64,000 bases of DNA from Nonlabens sp. (lineage in GTDB: Bacteria; Bacteroidota; Bacteroidia; Flavobacteriales; Flavobacteriaceae): the NCBI RefSeq assembly GCF_039770275.1, contig NZ_JBDMYO010000012.1; one strand, written 5' to 3'. This document shows positions 40,987 through 50,945 of the stretch, piece by piece. Under the pieces are notes generated by a model. The model was not told the origin of the DNA, made no database searches, and worked only from the letters and a program-made list of their open reading frames with translations. How positions within the stretch are numbered: position 1 is the stretch's first letter; each line of letters starts with the position of its first letter. A program made the translations under genes and the position numbers.

Positions 40987-41898
40987 ATGAGAGCGCTTGT
41001 TATTTCTGGCGGTGGCAGCAAAGGAGCTTTTGGTGGTGGCGTGGCTCAATATCTTAAAGAAGAATTAGGACATAAGTACGATTTATATATAGGTACATCT
41101 ACAGGCAGTTTATTGATTTCACATCTCGCTTTAGATAGAATAGAAAAAATAAAGGAAGTGTATACCAGTGTCAACCAATCTTCTATTTTTAGTCGTAGAC
41201 CATTTTTAGTAAAAACAGATAAATATGGACAGGATCAAATAAGTATTAATCATTTTAAAGTGTTGCGCAATTTCTTTAGAGGATCTAAAACCTTTGGTGA
41301 AAGTAAAAACTTAAGAAAGCTGATGAAGAAAACGCTTTCTTTAGAAGAATTCAACAAGCTTAAGAATAGTAACATAGATGTAGTGGTTACGGTTTCTAAT
41401 ATTTCTATGAATGAAACCGAATACAAATCTATTAAGGATTTTGATTATGAAGATTTCCTTGATTGGATCTGGATTTCTTGTAATTACATACCTTTTATGA
41501 GCCTAGTTAGAAAAAACGGTTGTGAATATGCAGACGGTGGTTTTGGTAGTATGGTACCGATTAAAGAAGCTATAGATCGAGGCGCTACAGTAGTAGATGT
41601 CATTATTTTAGAAACAGAAGTTGCTTTTTATAATAAAATGCCTTCTAAAAATGTGTTTTCGCTTTTATCTAACTTGCATGAGTTCATGATGGATCGTATT
41701 GAAAAACAAAACATAACCATAGGGAAATATGTAGCAAATAATCACGATGCTATAATCAACTTGTACTACACTCCTACTGTTCTCACGACAAATTCTTTAG
41801 TATTTAAAAAAGAAAAAATGGCACAATGGTGGGAAAGCGGTTATCAATATGCCGCAAGTAAAAATGTAGAGCTCAATGAGATTAAACCAGAAGAATAA
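40987..41898 (+). CDS. Patatin-like phospholipase
   Basis: GGGSKG, GTSTG, DGG motifs. Confidence 0.9.
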   Translation: MRALVISGGGSKGAFGGGVAQYLKEELGHKYDLYIGTSTGSLLISHLALDRIEKIKEVYTSVNQSSIFSRRPFLVKTDKYGQDQISINHFKVLRNFFRGSKTFGESKNLRKLMKKTLSLEEFNKLKNSNIDVVVTVSNISMNETEYKSIKDFDYEDFLDWIWISCNYIPFMSLVRKNGCEYADGGFGSMVPIKEAIDRGATVVDVIILETEVAFYNKMPSKNVFSLLSNLHEFMMDRIEKQNITIGKYVANNHDAIINLYYTPTVLTTNSLVFKKEKMAQWWESGYQYAASKNVELNEIKPEE

Positions 41899-42187
41899 AA
41901 GAGCTCTAATTGAAAAATATTTATACCAATTAGAACGATGGCGCAAAAGAATTTAAAACCTGTAATCTTAAGCTTTGATTAAAGACGATCTCTTTACGAG
42001 AAACAAAAATCTCCCTAACAGATCGGTTATTTATCATAGAAGACCAACTGTAAAACAAATCTTTCTCATCCTAATACAGCAGTTAAAATTATTTTAAACC
42101 ACTCAATTATCAGGACAACCTATCCTTAAAGCTTTATTAAATAAGTAAAAACTATTGTGATATTTACTAATGAGATAGAAATTATTC

Positions 42188-42203
42188 CGCTTTCGCGAAA
42201 GCG
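42188..42203. repeat. Palindrome copy (perfect) in the ahpC promoter region
   Basis: Direct match; extends to CCG...CGG. Confidence 0.95.
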
Positions 42204-42253
42204 GTCACTACTTTTACAACTTGAAAAACAGATTAATTTTTAAATAAAAAAAC

Positions 42254-42889
42254 ATGGCCATAGTAGGTAAACAATTTCCAAATCTAGATGTAGATGCAAT
42301 GAATGAAATGGGAGATACATTTAAATTAAATGTATTTGAAGAAGCTAAGAATAAAGGAAAGAAAGTTCTTTTATTTTGGTACCCAAAAGATTTCACTTTT
42401 GTATGTCCTACAGAATTACATGCTTTTCAAGAAGCTCTAGGTGAGTTTGAAAAAAGAAATACGATCGTAATAGGTGCTTCTTGTGATACTCCAGAAGTAC
42501 ACTTTGCGTGGTTAAATACTCCTAAAGATAATGGAGGAATTGAAGGTGTGACTTATGATATTCTTGCAGATTCTAACCGCAATCTTTCTGGAACACTTGA
42601 TATTCTAGATATAGAAGTAGAATATAATGATGAGATCGAAGACAACATCCTAGTAGGTGATAACGTATCTTATAGAGCAACTTACTTAATCGATGAAGAA
42701 GGAGTAGTATTTCATGAAGGTGTCAACCACATGCCAGTAGGTAGAAACGTAAATGAATTCTTAAGAATGATCGACGCATATACTCACGTACAGAAAAATG
42801 GTGAAGTATGTCCTGCAAACTGGGAAGAAGGAAAAGAAGCAATGAGTGCAAATCGCAACGCTACTGCAGAGTATCTTTCTAAAAACTAA
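42254..42889 (+). CDS. ahpC: Peroxiredoxin (AhpC/Prx1)
   Basis: YPKDFTFVCPTE, GEVCPANW. Confidence 0.94.
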   Translation: MAIVGKQFPNLDVDAMNEMGDTFKLNVFEEAKNKGKKVLLFWYPKDFTFVCPTELHAFQEALGEFEKRNTIVIGASCDTPEVHFAWLNTPKDNGGIEGVTYDILADSNRNLSGTLDILDIEVEYNDEIEDNILVGDNVSYRATYLIDEEGVVFHEGVNHMPVGRNVNEFLRMIDAYTHVQKNGEVCPANWEEGKEAMSANRNATAEYLSKN

Positions 42890-42909
42890 TTAGAAACATA
42901 ATAAATTTA

Positions 42910-42956
42910 AAGAGGAAAGTAGAGAGATATTTCTTTCCAACTTTCCTCTTTTTTTT
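42910..42956 (+). terminator. Terminator-like hairpin between ahpC and the thioredoxin gene
   Basis: AAGAGGAAAGT...ACTTTCCTCTT followed by a T-run. Confidence 0.55.
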
Positions 42957-42972
42957 CACTAAAAATTATACA

Positions 42973-43284
42973 ATGCAAACATTAGATCAAGATAATTTAC
43001 AAGAAATCGTTGCTGGAAATGAAACGGTTGTTGTACAATATATGGCATCATGGTGCGGTAACTGCCGTGTAATGAAGCCTAAGTTTAAAAAACTAGCTTC
43101 AGAAAATGAGAATACGGTTTTCATACTTGCTGATGCCGAGAAATTTCCAGAATCACGCAAACTAGCGACTGTAGATAATTTACCAACGTTTGCCACTTTT
43201 AAAAATGGCGCGTTTGTTAATCAAGTACAGACTAATAAATTTGAAAACTTAAAAGACCTAGTACATGAAGTTACCAGTAATTAG
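42973..43284 (+). CDS. Thioredoxin family protein
   Basis: WCGNC active site. Confidence 0.9.
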   Translation: MQTLDQDNLQEIVAGNETVVVQYMASWCGNCRVMKPKFKKLASENENTVFILADAEKFPESRKLATVDNLPTFATFKNGAFVNQVQTNKFENLKDLVHEVTSN

Positions 43285-43513
43285 ACATTTACAAAAAAAC
43301 GCTAGTCCTGAGTCTCTAGAAGCAACTCTTGAAGTACTAGAAAGCTTTACTGAACACAGATCTGTAACAGATGAAGAAATGGATGTGGTAGGTGAGTTAA
43401 TAACAAATATATGTGGTGCGCTAGAAGTTCACCAGAATGTTGCACAAGGAATGAGTGGTGTAGAAGCTGCTAACGCTTTTGCACAAAAAGTAATGGGGTC
43501 TATAGATCAATAA
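43265..43513 (+). CDS. DUF6952-like conserved small protein
   Basis: MKLPVIRHL, ELITNICGALEV; conserved after ahpC-trx in Bacteroidota. Confidence 0.7.
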   Translation: MKLPVIRHLQKNASPESLEATLEVLESFTEHRSVTDEEMDVVGELITNICGALEVHQNVAQGMSGVEAANAFAQKVMGSIDQ

Positions 43514-43530
43514 AAACAGCCCATTTTAAT

Positions 43531-43568
43531 AAAAAAGCCTTTACTCTTTATAGATTAAAGGCTTTTTT
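43531..43568 (+). terminator. Intrinsic terminator
   Basis: AAAAAAGCCTTT...AAAGGCTTTTTT. Confidence 0.75.
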
Positions 43569-43664
43569 ATGCGCTACTATTAAGATTATTGAATAAAATT
43601 CTTGAAAATTGAGGATTTAATAGATGCTGTGATATATTTTTACGATATAACTAAACTTCTTTTT

Positions 43665-44558
43665 ATGAAATATCAAATTACTTTATTACTAGTTTTTTTA
43701 GGTTTTGGAATAGCATCTGCACAAAACTATCTGGATCTAGCACGTTTAAATTTTGGTAATACCACTTTAGAAGATGAAGATGGAAATCAAGAAACAGACA
43801 TTACCAATGTTAATCTTGAATTTCTTTATCCAACTCCTATCAATGATAAAACGGTTTTGATTACTGGTTTTACAGCAGAAAATACAAGTATAGATTTTGG
43901 TGGTCTAGCTGGGATTACAAATGAAAACCTTACCATGACGCGTTTAAACCTAGGAGCAAAGATTAGCCACTCTAGAAAATGGACAGGAACTTACTTACTG
44001 CTTCCTAAAATAGCGTCTAACTTTGATGATTTAGGTGGCGCTGATTTTCAATTTGGTGCTATTGCTTTGTTAGAATACCGTCACAAAAATAGATTTAGAA
44101 CTAAATACGGTTTGTACAGCTCTTCTGAAGAATTTGGTGCCATTATTACTCCGTTATTAGGAGTTTATTATAGAACACCTAACAGCAAATTCTATATTGA
44201 TGCAGCATTTCCTATAAGAATGGAAGCAAATTATAGCATTACAAAACAATTCAGTTTTGGTGCTGATTTAAGAACTTCTATAAAATCTTATAACCTAGGT
44301 GGTGTAGATACTTATATACAAGAAGAGTCTATAAGATTTGCTCTTTACGCTGGTTACTCTTTTATGAAAGATCAATTGATCGTAAGAGGAAAAGCAGGTC
44401 TAGACACTACTGATTATGGTCTGTACCAAAGCGGCGATACGGTAGGTGCACAAGTACTTACGGTTGCCTTAGGTGGCGATGATAGAACTAGATTGAATAA
44501 CGAGTATGCAAGTGCATTATTTGTAGGCTTTGATGTTATTTATAGGTTAGATCTATAG
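43665..44558 (+). CDS. Outer membrane beta-barrel protein (DUF6268-like)
   Basis: Signal peptide from ATG 43665 (MKYQITLL...ASA-Q), alternating beta-strands, C-terminal YRLDL. Confidence 0.7.
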   Translation: MKYQITLLLVFLGFGIASAQNYLDLARLNFGNTTLEDEDGNQETDITNVNLEFLYPTPINDKTVLITGFTAENTSIDFGGLAGITNENLTMTRLNLGAKISHSRKWTGTYLLLPKIASNFDDLGGADFQFGAIALLEYRHKNRFRTKYGLYSSSEEFGAIITPLLGVYYRTPNSKFYIDAAFPIRMEANYSITKQFSFGADLRTSIKSYNLGGVDTYIQEESIRFALYAGYSFMKDQLIVRGKAGLDTTDYGLYQSGDTVGAQVLTVALGGDDRTRLNNEYASALFVGFDVIYRLDL

Positions 44559-44580
44559 AATTACCTTTTATAAAATTTGA

Positions 44581-44622
44581 AATGCCAATTAGATAATGAC
44601 TTTATCTTGTTGGCATTTTTTT
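44581..44622 (+). terminator. Intrinsic terminator
   Basis: AAATGCCAA...TTGGCATTTTTTT. Confidence 0.6.
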
Positions 44623-44670
44623 GTTTTAGGTAAATGGAATTATGACAGTAGATTAAAGTATTTATGGTTC

Positions 44671-44686
44671 CGCTTTCGCGAAAGCG
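44671..44686. repeat. Palindrome copy (perfect, intergenic between convergent genes)
   Basis: Direct match. Confidence 0.95.
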
Positions 44687-44864
44687 AATTATATAAAAAA
44701 CAGGTTAATAAAATCACCTATATCTGAGTGTAAAAGTACTGACACACCATAGCCTTATAGTTTTATAGAGAAATATTCAAATAGGTTTTAAGTTATCAGA
44801 TCATATTTCTAACAGGCTGAATCTTTCTCTTTCAAATTAAACGATAAATTGCTATACATAATCA

Positions 44865-45425
44865 TTAATCGCTAAAATAGGTCGTTGCAGGACGATCGTC
44901 GCTAATTCTCATGTAAGTAGCAACTACAGTTTCTTCATCTTGGCCTGTATCGTTTTCTAAAAACATGGTATTACTAGACCAACCTTGCGCTAACAACAAA
45001 TCTCCATTTGCATCATTACCCAAAATCGTCTTTTTACTCAGTTTTGAAGTAAGAACAATAAGTGTAAAGAAATGGCTTCCCTTTCTTATTCTAAAATAAT
45101 GATCTTTAGGTTTTCCTGGTAGCGTCATGGTATCTATTAGTCGGCCAAATTGATACAGCTCTGCAATCACCTTATCATCTTCAGTGTATTGCAAAAACAC
45201 TTGATTTCCTTCATTAACGTCATGAACTTTTTTAGGAAAATGAAGACACAAGTCATTCCATAGACTATTTTCCAAATCATCAGGAACTCGATTCTCATAA
45301 AGTCCGGTTAGTAAGGTTTTAGTTAATACCACAGGCTTAGACTCTACTCTATTAGCGAGGCTTTGTGTCGTATAACAGCTGGATAATAAAAAAGAAATAG
45401 CAAGAAATAAAAAGAACTGTTTCAT
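44865..45425 (-). CDS. Hypothetical lipoprotein
   Basis: Lipobox LLSSC; no recognised domain. Confidence 0.65.
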   Translation of the reverse strand: MKQFFLFLAISFLLSSCYTTQSLANRVESKPVVLTKTLLTGLYENRVPDDLENSLWNDLCLHFPKKVHDVNEGNQVFLQYTEDDKVIAELYQFGRLIDTMTLPGKPKDHYFRIRKGSHFFTLIVLTSKLSKKTILGNDANGDLLLAQGWSSNTMFLENDTGQDEETVVATYMRISDDRPATTYFSD

Positions 45426-45535
45426 AGGTCACTAGTTTATAGCATTGATGAATCAAATTTAATACCTATATCATCGTATGTAACATTCTTTTTATAGTAT
45501 CATTTTCTTATACCTTTGGTACAAATATAGTCCCT

Positions 45536-46246
45536 ATGAAAAAGATAACAATAATACTTGTTACTATGATTACTTTAAGTAGCTGCGGTAGTTTGCAGGA
45601 AATAGTAAACAACCTACCACAAGGTGGTGGAGCACTTTCTCAACTAGACATCGGTAATGGTTTGAGACAGGCTTTAGATCAAGGTATCCATAAAGAGGTA
45701 ACAAAATTAATGGGAGAAAACGGCTTTTATAAAAATGAACTTGTAAAAATATTACTTCCAGAAGAGTTACAAAAAGTAGATAGCGGTTTAAGAAAAATAG
45801 GCCTGAGCAGTGTTGCAGATGAAGGATTGAAATTATTAAACCGTGCAGCAGAAGATGCTACAAAAGAAGCACTTCCTATTTTTGTAAATGCTGTGAAGGA
45901 TATCACTTTTGATGACGCAAAAAATATTCTTCTAGGTGATCAACGTGCTGCTACTTCATATTTAGAGACGAGAACACAACAAGAACTTTATTCTAAATTC
46001 TCTCCAGTAATACAGAACAGTCTTGGTAAAGTAGGCGCTACCGATTTATGGGGTAAGGCAATAACAAAATACAACACCATTCCTTTTACTAATTCAGTAA
46101 ATCCAGATTTAACGGATTATGTAACACAAAAAGCACTCGAAGGCGTTTTTAAAATGATTTCTCAGGAAGAAATAGAAATAAGAAATAAAGTTGGTGCAAG
46201 AAGTACAGATCTTTTAAAGAGAGTTTTTGCTTTACAGGATAATTAA
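45536..46246 (+). CDS. DUF4197 lipoprotein
   Basis: Lipobox LSSC; GLRQAL..G, NRAAE.A, DAKNIL.G, YVTQKALEG.F. Confidence 0.88.
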   Translation: MKKITIILVTMITLSSCGSLQEIVNNLPQGGGALSQLDIGNGLRQALDQGIHKEVTKLMGENGFYKNELVKILLPEELQKVDSGLRKIGLSSVADEGLKLLNRAAEDATKEALPIFVNAVKDITFDDAKNILLGDQRAATSYLETRTQQELYSKFSPVIQNSLGKVGATDLWGKAITKYNTIPFTNSVNPDLTDYVTQKALEGVFKMISQEEIEIRNKVGARSTDLLKRVFALQDN

Positions 46247-46316
46247 ACCTTACTTCAAATTCAACTAATTGAATTTGAAAACTCAAAAACGACTGTAAGA
46301 ATTTGTTTATGAATCT

Positions 46317-46352
46317 AAAAGCTACCGACAGAAATTGTCGGTAGCTTTTTTT
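46317..46352. terminator. Intrinsic terminator (possibly bidirectional)
   Basis: AAAAGCTACCGACA-GAAAT-TGTCGGTAGCTTTTTTT. Confidence 0.8.
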
Positions 46353-46378
46353 ATAATATTAGAGAGTGATAAATTTAT

Positions 46379-46484
46379 TTCCTGCGAGCGCCATGGCTAC
46401 GCTATTCAAATGGATATATTTAATAGATTTTTAACCTAACAACTTTAAAGGTTAACAATTTGATAGGAGTAGTAAACGCAGGAC
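46379..46484 (+). ncRNA. Structured intergenic RNA, candidate Flavobacteria-type 6S RNA
   Basis: Nested pairings TCCTGCG/CGCAGGA, GCTAC/GTAGT, TATTCAAAT/ATTTGATA and TTAACCT/AGGTTAA give a rod with internal bubbles of about 105 nt; family name and strand are inferred. Confidence 0.5.
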
Positions 46485-46521
46485 TAGAATATTTTTGTAT
46501 TCTGATTTAAGTGATATTACC

Positions 46522-46719
46522 ATGAATTACGAATATTTATCCTACGATGTAGCCTTAGAGAAACTCTATAGACTTGAGAAGCTATACAGTTCTCTAATGA
46601 AACAATCCTTTGATGCTGCGGTAAAGAATAGATTGTATAGCGATAAGCTTAATGAGAAAGCTTTAAACGTAAAAAAGGAAATCAGTAATATTCGTTCTGG
46701 AAAGCTAACGATGGCATAG
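46522..46719 (+). CDS. Small hypothetical protein (65 aa)
   Basis: ATG 46522 with an A/T-rich leader; helical, charged sequence; no recognised family. Confidence 0.5.
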   Translation: MNYEYLSYDVALEKLYRLEKLYSSLMKQSFDAAVKNRLYSDKLNEKALNVKKEISNIRSGKLTMA

Positions 46720-46756
46720 AATAATTATCTATTACCAGATTGTTTTTGCTGTATCT

Positions 46757-47158
46757 TCATAAGATCCAGTATTTTTTTATGTCTTTTTCTCGCAAATGAT
46801 TGACAAGAAATGTATCCAGCCTATTAATTCTAATGATATGTAGAATTTCTTTTTTAATGTAGAAATCAGATAAAAATTTAGCATCTATATCAAGTGTTTC
46901 TCCATTAATCTTCAACTTGAACTGATCTTTTTTAGCCCAGAAAAAAGCATTTTTTCTAGTCTTTTGAAAAATCAAATAAACAAAAGTTAGTAGGTATAAA
47001 AATATCATAATATGCGATATAAAACCGTAATCATCAGAATATCTAAAGAATACTTCTAAGATTCCAACGGTAAAAACTACAACCACTAGACCTGATACCC
47101 ATTTAGGATATTTCCTAAAGTAGTCATTAAAAAAATATATTTTTTTATTACCGTTCAT
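46757..47158 (-). CDS. Hypothetical membrane protein, last gene of the MoxR operon
   Basis: Two TM segments; TAATG overlap with DUF58. Confidence 0.6.
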   Translation of the reverse strand: MNGNKKIYFFNDYFRKYPKWVSGLVVVVFTVGILEVFFRYSDDYGFISHIMIFLYLLTFVYLIFQKTRKNAFFWAKKDQFKLKINGETLDIDAKFLSDFYIKKEILHIIRINRLDTFLVNHLREKDIKKYWIL

Positions 47159-48492
47159 TATAACAATCCTCTTGCTTTTATTTCTAGGTATTTATTAATC
47201 GTGTTTACTGTCAGGTGTTTTGGTTCTGTAAGAATAGTTTGAATACCGTATTTATTTAATTCATTAACGATCAATTTTTTCTCATAGATAAATTTCTCAG
47301 CAATCGTTTTTTGATAAATTTCTTGTGTGGACACCGCAGGTTGTTTTACAAGCTCCTGAAGTTCTGTATTATCAAAAAATATGACCACTAGCAAATGATT
47401 TTTGGCAATCGCTTGAAGATATGGAAGCTGTCTATGCAGTGCATCCATTGTCTCAAAATTAGTATATAGCAACAACAAACTGCGTTGTGTTATCGATCGT
47501 TTAATGTCTATATACAATCTTCCAAAATCGCTTTCTTTAAAGTCTGTATCCAGATTATATAAAGTCTCTAAAATCAAGTTCATTTGAGAAGCTCGTTTTT
47601 GAGCCATTACCTGATTAGAAACTTTATCTGAAAAGCTAAACATTCCTGCTTTGTCTCCTTTTTTAAGAGCGATATTAGAAATAACTAGTGTAGAATTAAT
47701 CGCATAATCTACCAACTTTAGTTCTTCAAAAGGCATTTTCATTACACGACCTTTATCAATTACTGAATATACTGGTTGTGATTTCTCATCCTGAAATTGA
47801 TTGATCATCAACTGGTTGCGTTTGGCACTTGCTTTCCAGTTGATGTTGCGCACATCATCACCTTGAACATAATCTTTGATCTGTTCAAATTCCATGGTAT
47901 GGCCTATTCTTCTTATTTTTTTAAGTCCATAATCTTTTAGTTTATTGGTAAAAGCCATCAACTCATACTTGCGCAATTGTAAAAAAGATGGATAATTAGG
48001 GACCATAGCGTCTTGATCCACAGAGAATTTGCGTTGCGCAAAACCCAAAACTGTACTCACAAAAATTTGCAAGCCACCAAAATGATATTCACCTCTTTCT
48101 GTAGGTCTTACAGAGTAAGGAAAAGTTCTAGATGCGCCACTCTTGATGGTGTCCTTAATTTCAAAATTACGTTCTTGAAATTGTACAGGCAACTCGTCAA
48201 TAATTTTTACGTCTATAGAAGAATTGTAGCGATTTGTCACCAGAATCTCTACAGGGTTTTTGTCACCGTTAGATAACTTATCAGGAAGGTTACGACTTGC
48301 CTTAATCGCATTTTTAGATCGATATAAAAGTAATATATCAAATATGAGCAAACCTATCACTACAAAGAATCCTATTTTGAGGTAATCTACTATACGCTCA
48401 AAAAAGAACGCAAAGACAAATAACACCACTAGAATTCCTAGTGCTATAAAGAAGCGTTGTTGCAGGTATAGGCTTTTAAAGAATTTCTTCAC
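47158..48492 (-). CDS. DUF58 (VWA-like) protein
   Basis: EFEQIKDYVQGDDVRNINWKASA, IDKGRVM; GTG start overlaps the MoxR stop. Confidence 0.9.
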   Translation of the reverse strand: MKKFFKSLYLQQRFFIALGILVVLFVFAFFFERIVDYLKIGFFVVIGLLIFDILLLYRSKNAIKASRNLPDKLSNGDKNPVEILVTNRYNSSIDVKIIDELPVQFQERNFEIKDTIKSGASRTFPYSVRPTERGEYHFGGLQIFVSTVLGFAQRKFSVDQDAMVPNYPSFLQLRKYELMAFTNKLKDYGLKKIRRIGHTMEFEQIKDYVQGDDVRNINWKASAKRNQLMINQFQDEKSQPVYSVIDKGRVMKMPFEELKLVDYAINSTLVISNIALKKGDKAGMFSFSDKVSNQVMAQKRASQMNLILETLYNLDTDFKESDFGRLYIDIKRSITQRSLLLLYTNFETMDALHRQLPYLQAIAKNHLLVVIFFDNTELQELVKQPAVSTQEIYQKTIAEKFIYEKKLIVNELNKYGIQTILTEPKHLTVNTINKYLEIKARGLL

Positions 48493-49652
48493 TATCTAGG
48501 AATCTCGATGTTTTCTAATATTTGTGATACAGCACGATCTGCTGTAAGTCCTTCCATTTCTCTTTCAGGAGTTAATATAATTCTATGACTCATGACCGCA
48601 GTTGCGATATATTTAATGTCATCTGGTGTAACAAAATCACGTCCCATAATAGCTGCATATGCTTTAGAACCGTTCATAATAGCAATAGATGCACGTGGTG
48701 ATGCTCCTAAATAAAGATTAGGGTTGTTACGTGTATCTAAAATTATCTTTGCGATGTACTTGATCAAATTGTTTTCTATCACAATCTCTTTAACCGTTTT
48801 CTGATATTTTGCAATCTCAGTGGCATTCATGATGGCATTAACAGTCGATTCTGCATCGGCGTTTTTACGATCATGATGATCGGTAAGAATCTGGATTTCT
48901 TCTTCCAGATTAGGATAACCTACATTAATTTTAAATAAGAAACGGTCTAATTGCGCTTCTGGCAATCTATATGTTCCTTCTTGTTCTACTGGGTTTTGAG
49001 TAGCAAATACTAAAAACGGAGCATTTAACTCGTATTCCTTACCATCGATGGTTACTTGACGTTCTGCCATAGCTTCAAAAAGAGCTGCTTGCGTTTTTGC
49101 CGGTGCTCTATTAATCTCATCGATCAAAATGATATTTGAAAATATAGGTCCTGGTTTGAATTCGAACTCGTTGTTTTTCATAGAGAAAACAGATGTTCCC
49201 AATATGTCTGATGGCATCAAATCTGGAGTAAATTGTATACGTGAGAAGTCTACCTGGATTGTTTTTGCCAGCAACTTTGCAGTAATTGTTTTTGCAACTC
49301 CAGGAACTCCTTCAATCAAAGAATGACCGTTTGCTAGTATGGAAACGATCAATAAATCGATCATTTCTTCCTGGCCTACGATTACTTTACGCAATTCAGT
49401 CTTTATTTTATAAACCGCCGCACTTAAATGATTCAAATCCAGTCTGTTTTGAAATTGTAAAGATGTAGCTTTATCTTCTACTTGTGGCTGGTCTTGGGGT
49501 GGTATTGTTGATGGTTGTTCCGCTTTCGCGAAAGCGTTATCAATACCAACCTCTTCACTGTTTTGAACAAATTGATCTTGTGCTGGCTCTTGTGGTGGCT
49601 GGCTATTAGATGGATCTTGAGGATTGTTCAAATCGTTATTAGTTTCTTCCAT
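48492..49652 (-). CDS. moxR: MoxR family AAA+ ATPase
   Basis: GVPGVAKT, RIQFTPDLMPSD, DEINRAPAKTQ, ATQNPVEQEGTY.LPEAQLDRF, ASPRAS. Confidence 0.95.
   Translation of the reverse strand: MEETNNDLNNPQDPSNSQPPQEPAQDQFVQNSEEVGIDNAFAKAEQPSTIPPQDQPQVEDKATSLQFQNRLDLNHLSAAVYKIKTELRKVIVGQEEMIDLLIVSILANGHSLIEGVPGVAKTITAKLLAKTIQVDFSRIQFTPDLMPSDILGTSVFSMKNNEFEFKPGPIFSNIILIDEINRAPAKTQAALFEAMAERQVTIDGKEYELNAPFLVFATQNPVEQEGTYRLPEAQLDRFLFKINVGYPNLEEEIQILTDHHDRKNADAESTVNAIMNATEIAKYQKTVKEIVIENNLIKYIAKIILDTRNNPNLYLGASPRASIAIMNGSKAYAAIMGRDFVTPDDIKYIATAVMSHRIILTPEREMEGLTADRAVSQILENIEIPR
49521..49536. repeat. Palindrome copy (perfect) inside the MoxR N-terminal extension, encodes NAFAKAE
   Basis: Direct match. 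Confidence 0.95.
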
Positions 49653-49655
49653 TTC

Positions 49656-50945
49656 TTAATCTTTAAAAAAGGCTTCTATCCTTTTATTGAGTTGTTTTAA
49701 TTCGTGTTCACTATGCACAGGTTTCTTGCGCAGGTGATTGATATATTCTATAGTTTCCTTAGTCTGATCTTGAGAGACACCAGCTTTAACAGCAAGACGC
49801 TTGATAAAAACCTCATCCATTCTCTCTGTATCTACAAAGTATTTAGATCGCAATTTTTGTTGAAAAAAGCTGATCTTCTTATTGATTAATCCAGAAACGT
49901 CCCCATTTTGAAAATATAAATTACCGATGGTCTTAGTAAATTCTACCGTGCTGTTAGCTAATGGTTTTCTTACAGGAATGGCTCTTTGTTCTCGTTTTGC
50001 CTTGAAAATAAAATAAAGGAGTATGGCTAGTAAAGTAATGTACCACGACCATTTAAGAGCATTATTATTAAGCACAAATCGAATAGGAGATGCCACAACA
50101 CGTCTTCCTGATTTACCATAATCATCAAAGAAAACTGGGCCATCATTAAGGTAAGAAAAAACTTCACTCACATATTGCTCTTTACCTTCTTGTAGTAAAT
50201 AATAATTAGTAAATGCTATGGGATTAAGGTGAAAATATATAGCGCCTTCTCCTACTTTAATCTCTACAAAGTTAGCCTGTGGCACTTGCCTAGACTTAGA
50301 TTTCTCAATCGCTTTTTCTACAATGCTTTTTGTAGAATCATTTGCCGACTCCAGATTCTCTCCAAAAACATTTTTAATATAACCTTTTAAAGGTTCAAAG
50401 GGTAAGACTTCACCTAAAACGGTAGTTCTTGTGGTATCATAACTGGTAAAATGACGGTAGCTACTTCCTTTTTTATAGATATAACTGCGGTTTTCAAAAA
50501 CCGGATTGTTAAGTCGTACTCTTACCGTATCTTCCTCATAATAGGTATACTGTTTATTTGAAGCTAACTTTAACGTATCGCCAGCTGCACCAGTAACACT
50601 TTGTGTGGATACAAAAACTTTATTACCTCGCTCTGCAAATTCCAGCATATAATCCAGTTCTGTTTTATCAAAACCTAAATAATTATTAATGAAGATATAA
50701 TTTGCGTTGGTATCTTCTTTATGCTTTTTTAAAAAGCTAACAGGATCTTCTTTGATACTTTCTACTTTTTGATCAAAAAGATCGTCCAGTTGATCATAGA
50801 GAACAAAGGCGCCGTAAGGAATCTTGTCACCGCTAGTATAACTTTCTTCCCAGCTTAATGGTTGTGGTGTGATGACTTCTAGAAAAAGCATCAATGCTAC
50901 CACTCCAAAAATTAAATACAGATATATTTTAGATTTCTTATCCAT
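49656..50945 (-). CDS. DUF4350 domain membrane protein
   Basis: N-terminal TM, DKIPYG..V, FTNY.L, STVEF.KTIG. Confidence 0.8.
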   Translation of the reverse strand: MDKKSKIYLYLIFGVVALMLFLEVITPQPLSWEESYTSGDKIPYGAFVLYDQLDDLFDQKVESIKEDPVSFLKKHKEDTNANYIFINNYLGFDKTELDYMLEFAERGNKVFVSTQSVTGAAGDTLKLASNKQYTYYEEDTVRVRLNNPVFENRSYIYKKGSSYRHFTSYDTTRTTVLGEVLPFEPLKGYIKNVFGENLESANDSTKSIVEKAIEKSKSRQVPQANFVEIKVGEGAIYFHLNPIAFTNYYLLQEGKEQYVSEVFSYLNDGPVFFDDYGKSGRRVVASPIRFVLNNNALKWSWYITLLAILLYFIFKAKREQRAIPVRKPLANSTVEFTKTIGNLYFQNGDVSGLINKKISFFQQKLRSKYFVDTERMDEVFIKRLAVKAGVSQDQTKETIEYINHLRKKPVHSEHELKQLNKRIEAFFKD

